Position numbers and translations under genes: made by a program. Below, one piece after another: positions 55,956-64,000 of a DNA stretch of 64,000 nt. A model generated the notes under the pieces. It worked only from the letters and a program-made list of their open reading frames with translations, ran no database searches and had not been told where the DNA came from. The DNA is taken from NCBI GenBank assembly GCA_016192035.1, contig JACPUW010000044.1, positions 11,496 to 75,495 on the forward strand. The letters run 5' to 3'. Origin of the DNA: Bacteroidota bacterium (lineage in GTDB: Bacteria; Bacteroidota; Bacteroidia; CAILMK01; JACPUW01). Position 1 is the stretch's first letter. Every line of letters starts with the position of its first letter.

Positions 55956-57401
55956 CTATTTATCCAGTAGGGAAAAGTTGCCCTTAAAGTCGAATAGGGT
56001 TAGCTGGCGCAAGCGGTAGTAGTCTGCCCAGTAATTCCGCATGGCCTGTATATGCGCGCGCCGCGCCTGGTCTTTGCCCTGTAGGGCTATGTTCAGGTCG
56101 GTAATCCCAATCTTTCCTATCAAATAGCGCTGATAGGCCAGGTCATATTGCTTCTGCCCTATGGCATCACTCGTAGCGGCTATGGCATATTCCCTATTCC
56201 TAAAATTGAACTGGTTGGCCTGGTTTCGCACCTCTTGTTCCAAACTGGCCGTCCGGTTGGTGGTCTGTAGCCGGTTCAGTACCCGGTTGTTTTCTGCTAT
56301 GGCCAGGGCATGCCTGCCGGCTCCGCCGTTGCTCAAGGGTATGCTCACCCCTGTCCTAAACTGCCTTTGCGGCAATGTGTTGCCATACGCATCTGCCAGG
56401 GTTTTATCGCTGCCCGAAATGCCGTATGATGCGTTGATGGAAAAGTTGGGCATGGTCTCTGTCCTGGCCCTCACGTATTCCCTATCAGCCTCTATGGTTT
56501 GACGCTCCAGGCCTAGGGCGGCTGAGCCCTGGGCCATGGCCATGCGCACCGCTTGGTCGGCGTCCACAGTAAAGGTGTCGGTCATCAAAGGCACGGTTAC
56601 CCTCGCATTCTTGTCTATAAGTAGCCCGGTGTAATTCTCCAGTTGGGCCCTGGCGTCCATTAGGTCTATGCGGGCCTGTCTAAGTGATTTTTGGGCATTG
56701 AGCACGTTGAGCTCCATTTGCAGCAGCTCATGCTCGGCTATCCGCCCCAGCTGGTAGCGTCCCTTTGATATTTTGTACAGCGTATCGCTGTTGCTCAAGT
56801 TGGTCTTGGCCAGGTCTAGCCGTACCAGGGCATCATAGTAGTTGAAAAAAAGGTTAATAGCCTTGATGGCCACCCCTTCCAGGTCTTCGGCCAGCTTGCG
56901 CCGGGCCTCCTCCAGTTTCATGGGTTCTGTTTTGGCCATCCACCTATAGGTGTTGAAATTAAATACCCGTTGGCTATAACCCAGGCTCAGTGGGGTGGTT
57001 AAAAAACTGGTGTTGGCCGCAGTGCCAAACACGTCTATGCGCTGTAGGCCACTGGAAAGGTTTATGGTGCCTCCGGTCAAGCCTATGTTTTGTGACAGGT
57101 TTACGTTGGCCAGGGAGGTGGCCAGGCTGCGCGAAATGAATTGTTGGCTGCCATCATCCAGGTCATACGCCGTGATGCTGCTGTTGAAATTGGGCAGGGT
57201 GGCCGCCAGGTTGGCCGATGGCAACAACTGGGCACGATATAACTTGTAGCCTAACCGGCTGTTTTCAAATTGGGTGTGGGCCGCTGCAGCATCGGGCGAA
57301 TGGTCTATGGCCATTTCTATCACGCGGTGAAGGTCTATGGCCTGTTGGCTCCATGCCCAGAAAGGCAGTAAGGCCAGGGTGCTTGTAATCCATTGTTTCA
57401 T
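55956..57401 (-). CDS. TolC family outer-membrane efflux protein
   Basis: Signal peptide, AQLLPS, RYQLGRI, VSIPL, RYLIGKI, LRQLTLFDF. Confidence 0.9.
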   Translation of the reverse strand: MKQWITSTLALLPFWAWSQQAIDLHRVIEMAIDHSPDAAAAHTQFENSRLGYKLYRAQLLPSANLAATLPNFNSSITAYDLDDGSQQFISRSLATSLANVNLSQNIGLTGGTINLSSGLQRIDVFGTAANTSFLTTPLSLGYSQRVFNFNTYRWMAKTEPMKLEEARRKLAEDLEGVAIKAINLFFNYYDALVRLDLAKTNLSNSDTLYKISKGRYQLGRIAEHELLQMELNVLNAQKSLRQARIDLMDARAQLENYTGLLIDKNARVTVPLMTDTFTVDADQAVRMAMAQGSAALGLERQTIEADREYVRARTETMPNFSINASYGISGSDKTLADAYGNTLPQRQFRTGVSIPLSNGGAGRHALAIAENNRVLNRLQTTNRTASLEQEVRNQANQFNFRNREYAIAATSDAIGQKQYDLAYQRYLIGKIGITDLNIALQGKDQARRAHIQAMRNYWADYYRLRQLTLFDFKGNFSLLDK

Positions 57402-57420
57402 GGTAAAACCTTTTGTTTAT

Positions 57421-58779
57421 TTATTCGTGTCGAAGGGAGGTTATGGGATCTTGCTTGGCGGCTTTGCGGGCAGGCATTATTCCAAACAACAGGCCCACAC
57501 CGGCGGCCACCACAAAGGAAGCAGCCACCGCCCACCAAGAAATGATGGTTTGTATATCGGTGAAGAGGGTTATGGCCAGTGACAGCCCTATGCCCACAAA
57601 TACCCCTATAACCCCGCCCGTGAGGCTAATCACCACGGCCTCCAGCACAAATTGGGTGACTATGTCGGTTTTGGTGGCGCCCATTGACATGCGTATCCCA
57701 ATCTCTTTTATGCGTTCATATACCGAGGCCAACATGATATTCATGATGCCTATGCCGCCCACCAGCAAGGAAATAAAGGCTATGCTCAGCAGCACATAGT
57801 TAAAAATATCTTTTGACCGCTGTTGTTGCTTTAGCAACAATTCCGGTATGGAAATCTCAAAATCCTTCACCTGATTGTGGCGTCTAAGCAGCATATTGTC
57901 AAGCATTTGCTTAGCGGGTTCCAGCAATTCGGGTGTTTCCATTTGCACGGTTATGCGGTCCAGTTCGTGCGGGTTTACAGGTGTTTCGTTTGATTCGGAA
58001 GTAAAGACCCTGCCCATGCCAACTATGGTAACCCCGTTTTTACTGCCGTTTTCGCGCTTTTTGAGCCGGCCCAGGTAGGTGGCAATAGGAATATATACCG
58101 TATTGTTAAAGTCTCGGATGCCCGCAGTGGCGGCACCGGCGGCCAACCCGGGTTTTTCTACCACACCCAGTACCATCACCCATTGATTGTCAATTTTAAT
58201 AAACTTGCCTATGGGGTTGTCGCCCCTAAAGAGTTTGACCATCACGTTTTTGCCCAGCACACAAACCGGCGATGCACGCGTTACGTGTTCGGCGGTAAAC
58301 AAGCCGCCGTCCACCACTTGGAAATGAAACATTTGGAAGTACTCCGGGGTGGTTCCCAGCAATGAAACCGGCAAACGGCTGTCGCGGTAAACGGAGCTGC
58401 CTTTTGATGTGGCCTCAGGGCATAGGTTTTTGGCTTGTGCCAGGGTATGGCCTATGGCATCCATATCCAGGAGGCTTAGCCCTGGGCTAAACCTTTTGGT
58501 GGCCGCAGCGGTCCCGCTGCCTTCTTCATCGGATTGGCCCGTAGCAAGGGCACTTTCTTCTCCTTCTTCGGTTATCGCATTGATTTCTATATTGTTTACG
58601 CCCACCATTTCCAGTTGGTCCAGTATTTCCTTTTTGGCCCCTTGGCCTATTGCCATCATGGCTACCACAGCGGCCACCCCAAAAATGATGCCCAGCGCGG
58701 TGAGTATGGAGCGCAGGGCATTGCCCGTTACGGCTTCAAAGGCAATGCTTAGGTTAAGCAGTAACCTATCCCTGTTCAT
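57421..58779 (-). CDS. MacB-like ABC permease (no ATPase domain)
   Basis: RSILTALGIIFGVAAV, LLVGGIGIMNIMLASVYERIKEIG, PARKAAKQDPI. Confidence 0.92.
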   Translation of the reverse strand: MNRDRLLLNLSIAFEAVTGNALRSILTALGIIFGVAAVVAMMAIGQGAKKEILDQLEMVGVNNIEINAITEEGEESALATGQSDEEGSGTAAATKRFSPGLSLLDMDAIGHTLAQAKNLCPEATSKGSSVYRDSRLPVSLLGTTPEYFQMFHFQVVDGGLFTAEHVTRASPVCVLGKNVMVKLFRGDNPIGKFIKIDNQWVMVLGVVEKPGLAAGAATAGIRDFNNTVYIPIATYLGRLKKRENGSKNGVTIVGMGRVFTSESNETPVNPHELDRITVQMETPELLEPAKQMLDNMLLRRHNQVKDFEISIPELLLKQQQRSKDIFNYVLLSIAFISLLVGGIGIMNIMLASVYERIKEIGIRMSMGATKTDIVTQFVLEAVVISLTGGVIGVFVGIGLSLAITLFTDIQTIISWWAVAASFVVAAGVGLLFGIMPARKAAKQDPITSLRHE

Positions 58780-60046
58780 CTTTGGCTTTGGGCGTTTTTT
58801 CCAGTCGTACAATCTCCGATTCCCCTGCGGTGGACGGCAATACCAGCAATACCTCTTCGGTGCCATCCAGGCCTTGGTTCACACATACTTCCATGTCGTT
58901 GGCCACCCCCAGTGCCACCTCCCTTAGTTCATGGCCCAATCCGGTTTTTACTGCCACAAAGTAGATGCCCTCGCGGCTGTTTATTGCTTCCAGGGGCACC
59001 GATACCACATTGGCAATGGTGAGTACCTGGATGCGGTTGCCGGTGGTCATGCCCGGGCGCAGTGCGGGGTCGGTTTCGTGCAGCTGTATGCTTACCTCAA
59101 AAGACTTTCCGCTTACCCCTGGGCGTTCCTCGCCCACATTGGCCACATATACCACCTTGCCTTTGAGCAGTTTGCTTGGAAAGGCATCAATGGTCACCAC
59201 CACTTCCATGTCTTTTTTTACCTTGCTTATATCCACTTCATTCACGTAGGTACGGCTCACCATCACCGAAAGGTCGGGCAATTGGGCAATCAATGGGTTC
59301 CATGAATTGATGGTGGCGCCCACCTTGAGCTTGGATCCGCCCCAATCGCGTCCATAGATGAGCATACCGTCTTCGGGGGCTTTAATGGTAAACTCCTCCA
59401 TGAGGGCCTGCAGTTTTTCCATATTGTCTCGCTGTATGGCCAGTGCGGCGGCTACCTCACGCACTTTGGCCTGTGCCTGTGCTTGCTTTAGGCCATAGGC
59501 CTGTAGGGCATTGTGGTAAGCCCGCTTGGCCTTTTCCAAGTTTATCTCGGCCTGGCGCTGTACCGCAGGGGGTTCATATTCAGAGTACTTAAGTTCTATT
59601 TCGCGCTCTTCTAGCGCAAATTTCAAGTTTTTTAGCTCATCGCGTTTGGCCCGCATCTCTATGGCCGTGTCAAGTTTTACCTGCTCTAGTTGGCTCTCGG
59701 TTTTGGTGAATTCATTCTCCAGGTCTTTGCGCGAGTTGCTCAACTGGCTGGGGTCTAGCCGCCCCACATAGTCTCCTTTTTTCACCAGGGTGCCCTCGGC
59801 TATCAGGTCTTGGATCTTCACCTCGTTGATCCGGTAGTTGCGCATTTCTCGCGGGCCCATGATGCTCACCGAGTTCTTGGCCTGTAGTTCGCCTGAGGTA
59901 ACCACCTCAGATATAAAGTCCCCCTTCCTGGCCTTGCCCCAGAGCATGTCGGCATCCTTGTTGGTGGTTTGCTTAAACCACCAAAGGGCTGCCATTAGTA
60001 GGCCTGCTATTATCAAAGGCCATAACCATATCCGTCTTTTTCTCAT
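58766..60046 (-). CDS. Efflux periplasmic adaptor (MacA/HlyD family)
   Basis: N-terminal TM, VKKGD, coiled coil, IKAPEDG, VNEVDISKV, LRPGMT. Confidence 0.9.
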   Translation of the reverse strand: MRKRRIWLWPLIIAGLLMAALWWFKQTTNKDADMLWGKARKGDFISEVVTSGELQAKNSVSIMGPREMRNYRINEVKIQDLIAEGTLVKKGDYVGRLDPSQLSNSRKDLENEFTKTESQLEQVKLDTAIEMRAKRDELKNLKFALEEREIELKYSEYEPPAVQRQAEINLEKAKRAYHNALQAYGLKQAQAQAKVREVAAALAIQRDNMEKLQALMEEFTIKAPEDGMLIYGRDWGGSKLKVGATINSWNPLIAQLPDLSVMVSRTYVNEVDISKVKKDMEVVVTIDAFPSKLLKGKVVYVANVGEERPGVSGKSFEVSIQLHETDPALRPGMTTGNRIQVLTIANVVSVPLEAINSREGIYFVAVKTGLGHELREVALGVANDMEVCVNQGLDGTEEVLLVLPSTAGESEIVRLEKTPKAKDEQG

Positions 60047-60143
60047 GATTCTTTAATGCTTTGTCCTATTGTCCATTCCCCCCAATGGGCCAATGGGTTG
60101 TGCTACAAATAAAGGCCATGCTAACGGCATATGGGGCAAAACC

Positions 60144-61340
60144 TTACAAATGACTGCCAAAAAGGCCAGGGCTTACCTGGTGCAGGTATTGGCGCACCTG
60201 GGCTAAGGGCACTTGGTGAATGGGCAGGGTTGAACCCCAATAGTATTTCTCAATAAGTTGACTGTTAATATCTTCTTGAAGCCCTATGGCAGGAGGGTAG
60301 CAATACCGCATGTCAACTAAGGCAGTAGTGGGCGGATAGGGGTTAAACCGGCCCAGGTGGTTGCCGTTTGAAAGGCATATCACCACGGGAAGGCGCAGGG
60401 CCTGGGCCAGGTGTACCACGCCGCTTTCATTGGCTATGAGCAATTTGGCTTTAGCTAGCAGCTTCACCAAGTCAATCAGTGTAAGGGTGCCACCGCAATT
60501 GGAAACCCGCCCGTGTTGGGCCAGGCCCTGTGCTATCTCGGCACAAAGGGCTGATTCTGATGGCGCGCCCGTGATGGCTAAGCGCAAGTGAGGATACCGG
60601 GCCAGCAAGTCTTGGCCCAGTGATACAAAATGCTGGGCCGGCCACTGCCGAAATGGTTTGGAAGCACCGGGTGAAAGCACTACAAGGTCTTGTCTATGGG
60701 CCATGGATACTTGTATGTGCGGACTGGATATTTCCAGGTCACTGCCCAGTAGTGCCCCAAAAAATGCGCGGTTGAGGTAAAATTCAAAAGCCAGTCCCAG
60801 TGTGTTGGGTACCAGCATGTGGTACAGGGCGGTAGCCCGGGCGTGTTGCCAATGTAGGTGGTTGTGCCCGTTGTCCACGGGGGCCATTTTTTTGTCGGCA
60901 ATGGCCCAGCGGGCCAGGGTATCGTCATAGAGATAGGCCCGCGAATGGGTGGGAAACAGGGCAATGACATATTTCCTTGACCTGAACTTGCTCAAAAACC
61001 GCCACCTGTATCCCAGGTTCCTGATAAATGGCTTGGGCTTGAGCGGCAACCATTCGTCCACCACGCCGGCATCCAGTTGGCGCGAGAGGGGGGTTATGGA
61101 CTGGTTGCAGCAAAAAGCCAGCTTATATCCCTGGTATTTTGGCGATTGCTTAATTATTTCCAAGAAATTTCGCATGAGCACATAGTCGCCCAGCAAGTCC
61201 ACTTTTACCACCAGTATCCAGTGCTCCGCGCCTTTTTGTGGCTTTCTTGTGAATGCAAGTGCCAACCTATCAAACAGGAGGAGGCCGGCGTTAAGTATGC
61301 GTTCCCCAAGGTCTTGTATCCCGCTTGTCTTTCTGGCCAT
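60144..61340 (-). CDS. Glycosyltransferase family 9 (heptosyltransferase-like)
   Basis: DLLGDYVL, PGASKPFRQWP, ANESGVVHLA. Confidence 0.85.
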   Translation of the reverse strand: MARKTSGIQDLGERILNAGLLLFDRLALAFTRKPQKGAEHWILVVKVDLLGDYVLMRNFLEIIKQSPKYQGYKLAFCCNQSITPLSRQLDAGVVDEWLPLKPKPFIRNLGYRWRFLSKFRSRKYVIALFPTHSRAYLYDDTLARWAIADKKMAPVDNGHNHLHWQHARATALYHMLVPNTLGLAFEFYLNRAFFGALLGSDLEISSPHIQVSMAHRQDLVVLSPGASKPFRQWPAQHFVSLGQDLLARYPHLRLAITGAPSESALCAEIAQGLAQHGRVSNCGGTLTLIDLVKLLAKAKLLIANESGVVHLAQALRLPVVICLSNGNHLGRFNPYPPTTALVDMRYCYPPAIGLQEDINSQLIEKYYWGSTLPIHQVPLAQVRQYLHQVSPGLFGSHL

Positions 61341-61342
61341 GA

Positions 61343-62215
61343 TTAGGGCTTAATATACGCATCCATAGGGGCTAAGGGCAGGTAACCGCTTTCGCGCATT
61401 GGATTTTCCAGCGACTGTTCTATTTCAGCTATTTCAGCCGAATCCAATTCTGTTCTCCACTTTTCCAAATTGTCTTGGTTTACCGGTTTGGCGGTTTCCA
61501 AGTGCCAAGTAGTAAGGTTGTTTACATCCTGCTGCCGCTCTTTGTAGTATTCCAACATGTCATTTGAAAATTCTAGGCCCATGCGCCTACAAATATGGCC
61601 GAGCACCGCCCTGGGGTTGGCCACCAGGTCTTCATATTTAAGTATTTCGGTAGAAAGGGGATACTGCGCGTGGTAGTGGCGTATGCGTTCATATTCAGCT
61701 TTCCAGCGGGCTATGGTAACCTGTAGGTCGGCACTGATCCAGAAATCGGTGCCTTTTCGTTTGTGGTCTAGGTTGCGCTTGGCCGACCCAGCTACCGCCC
61801 TGGGGTCGCGCACCATATATACCACATAGGCTTGGGGGTACAGGGCAAAAATTTGGTCGGTGAACTGGGTATGGAGCGGTGTTTTATCTCCCCAAAAGGG
61901 TTTCCCCTGTTCTTGGGCCACTTGGCCGTAGAGATAATCCATGGATGCCTTGGGGTTGTTTCGGGTAGTAAGTGGTAGGGCATTGTACCGGGCTACAACC
62001 GCCTGTCCAAAAGCATGAGATTTGGGTGATGGTATGGGTATGCGGGACCGGGTAAACTTTTTGTACCAGGGCCTTTTGTAGAACCAGTGAAACATGCCCG
62101 TTTCATCTGGAATGGCCAGGGAAGGGTGGTTGTTAAACAATAGGCGCATAAGGGTGGTGCCCGAGCGCGGGTGGCCGGTGATGAACAGTGGGTGTTTGGG
62201 CGTGGAACCTAACAT
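61343..62215 (-). CDS. Sulfotransferase family protein
   Basis: GHPRSGTT (5'-PSB), WGDKTP, VRDPRAV (3'-PB), KYEDLV. Confidence 0.9.
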   Translation of the reverse strand: MLGSTPKHPLFITGHPRSGTTLMRLLFNNHPSLAIPDETGMFHWFYKRPWYKKFTRSRIPIPSPKSHAFGQAVVARYNALPLTTRNNPKASMDYLYGQVAQEQGKPFWGDKTPLHTQFTDQIFALYPQAYVVYMVRDPRAVAGSAKRNLDHKRKGTDFWISADLQVTIARWKAEYERIRHYHAQYPLSTEILKYEDLVANPRAVLGHICRRMGLEFSNDMLEYYKERQQDVNNLTTWHLETAKPVNQDNLEKWRTELDSAEIAEIEQSLENPMRESGYLPLAPMDAYIKP

Positions 62216-62564
62216 GTGGGGCAAATCTTTGTTTTTTTATGGATATTGAGATCCTTTGTCCTACCGATTGCTTTTGACCTGGTTCTTTGGGCAGGGGTTT
62301 CTTTATTGTTTTGGGTGGTGGGCTTGGCGGGGGACAATTCCAAACCGGGGCGCGCCGCGCTCCGTGCAAAGACTTAAGAAGTAGCCAGGGCTTACAACAA
62401 AGTTTAACCTTTGCCGCGCCACATAAAATCTTACCTAAATGTTAAAATTACTATCCAGAAACTATCAATATGTGCATCAAATGCACTTTGATTGTTAAAA
62501 CAGTCCGAAAATGCCATCTCACTTGGGGCGTGTGACTGTCACAAAAAATTCATTTGGGCCACCC

Positions 62565-62572
62565 TAGGTTTG
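62565..62572 (+). promoter_or_regulatory. -7 promoter element
   Basis: TAGGTTTG about 21 nt upstream of ATG 62594. Confidence 0.5.
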
Positions 62573-62593
62573 CCCTGAAATCAAGTTCACGAT

Positions 62594-64000
62594 ATGAGAA
62601 ATCTATTCACCATTTTTTACGGTATGATGCTGCTGGCCTATGGCCTACCTGCCCATGGCCAGAACTGTGGCGCAAAATGCAACATCATAAAAAACCCCTG
62701 TCTTACAGGGATAATTAAATCCAAGAAGCATAAAGAACAACCACTCGTGTTTGGTAGAATTCCACCTTGGAATGCCACCCATGGTACGCCTTCCTATTTA
62801 TACGGGGTGAACAAATCATCGCCCACCGCCCTAGAATTGGCAGCCAACAATGCAGGCCCCTATAAATTTAGCGAAGGCTATGCCCAGGGCGTGGGCCTGG
62901 TGGCCGGGCGGGAGTATATAGTGGCCATCAATGCCATACGGCTCACAAGCAAGCCCGATTCGGTGTTTGTGGGTTTTATGGGCCAAATGCCCGCGTTCTC
63001 CAAATTCTACTATCCCACCATCCACGAATTTGTGGCCCTGCGGGCTAACGTTTCGCAAAACCAGTGGACCCTGTTTGCCGATTGTTTTGTGCCCGATTCG
63101 GCGTATGGGCACATCTGGGTACACAACCGGCCGCCGGTCCACAACAAGCTGGGCAAGAAGCATGAAACCATGTCGGGTACCGATGACGTGGAATTGATAG
63201 AAAACTTTGACTTTGCCCTGCGCGACACCGTGGTATGCCAACCCGGCACCCCGGTGGGCCTAAGCACCACCTGCGACGATTTTCTCAATTTCACTGCCAG
63301 CTACGAGTGGCGCGACCTGGGCACCAACCAAGTAGTGGGCAGTACCCGCAGCATCACGGTCCAGCCCTTGGTCACCACCCAGTACCAGTGCAAGCGTACC
63401 CTGAGCGGCATGCCGGGCTGCCCGGGCTACGACACCGTGACCGTGGAGGTGGGCTCGCCGCCCATATTGGTGCACCTGGGCCCCGACACGGCCATATGTG
63501 CCCCCGATTCGCTGGTACTCGATGCAGGCTACCACGGCCCATCATACGCCACCGAGTGGCACAAGGGGTTTATACGCAACCTGATAGGCCGGGGACAAAC
63601 CTATGTGGTAACCACCACTGGCCTGTACATAGCCCAGGTAATTGACACCCTGAGCGGTTGCTACTTTAGGGATTCTATCCACGTGACGGTGAACCCCGAG
63701 ATACATGTATATCCCGATACCCTATATACCTGCGACACCGGTAGGAACTACACCTTTGACGCGGGGACCGGTTTTGTGGCCTATGAGTGGGACGGAGACC
63801 CGGCCAACAACAGCCGGTACTTTAGCACCAATATACCCGGCATACACGTAGTGGAGGTAACCGACTCCAACGGGTGTACCGGCAAGGATACTGCCCTGCT
63901 GGTTTATAGGCCCTTTACTTTTAGCCTGCCCAATGACACGGTGGTGTGCCCGGGCTCTTGCGTGTGGGTGCCCGTGAAAACCGATAGCGCCTTTGTGCAG
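62594..64000 (+). CDS. Large secreted Ig-like/PKD-repeat protein, likely T9SS cargo (3' end runs off the window)
   Basis: Not in the ORF track. Open frame from MRNLFTIFYGMMLLAYGLPAHGQ (signal peptide) to the window end, with repeats such as LGPDTAIC...LDAG...GLYIAQV...GC..DSIHV and EVTDSNGCTGKDT. Confidence 0.8.
   Translation, partial: MRNLFTIFYGMMLLAYGLPAHGQNCGAKCNIIKNPCLTGIIKSKKHKEQPLVFGRIPPWNATHGTPSYLYGVNKSSPTALELAANNAGPYKFSEGYAQGVGLVAGREYIVAINAIRLTSKPDSVFVGFMGQMPAFSKFYYPTIHEFVALRANVSQNQWTLFADCFVPDSAYGHIWVHNRPPVHNKLGKKHETMSGTDDVELIENFDFALRDTVVCQPGTPVGLSTTCDDFLNFTASYEWRDLGTNQVVGSTRSITVQPLVTTQYQCKRTLSGMPGCPGYDTVTVEVGSPPILVHLGPDTAICAPDSLVLDAGYHGPSYATEWHKGFIRNLIGRGQTYVVTTTGLYIAQVIDTLSGCYFRDSIHVTVNPEIHVYPDTLYTCDTGRNYTFDAGTGFVAYEWDGDPANNSRYFSTNIPGIHVVEVTDSNGCTGKDTALLVYRPFTFSLPNDTVVCPGSCVWVPVKTDSAFVQ

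Noticed and set aside
62831-63645. Several short ORFs listed in the track
   Set aside because: They lie within the long open frame starting at 62594, which the track omitted because it has no stop in the window.

Overview
A 64 kb, gene-dense chromosomal segment from a Bacteroidota bacterium, judged from TAnnTTTG -7 promoters, a MurF-Alr fusion, GldL/GldM homologues, T9SS-type cargo and DUF1573 proteins. Most genes are housekeeping: nadK (partial), gdhA, ribH, pdhA, cobB, lipB, tRNA-Asp, tRNA-Asn, rsmI, murF-alr, recX, pfkA, truA, a thiolase, mpg, gcvT, uvrB, rbfA, nnr, and ABC/efflux genes. Two loci stand out. (1) Directly after uvrB is a non-coding array of seven 28-bp palindromic units plus a diverged eighth copy that keeps the pairing. 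It runs into a coupled pair of genes: a SatD-family protein (class III cyclase-like motifs plus a C-terminal HTH) and a DUF3307 membrane protein. (2) A gldL-gldM motor pair with no gldK/gldN is coupled to a beta-helix/PorG-like (DUF6089) barrel fusion and preceded by a candidate sigma-54 promoter and enhancer. All product calls come from motif recognition by eye, with no database searches. Several starts were moved from the ORF track to more plausible codons.
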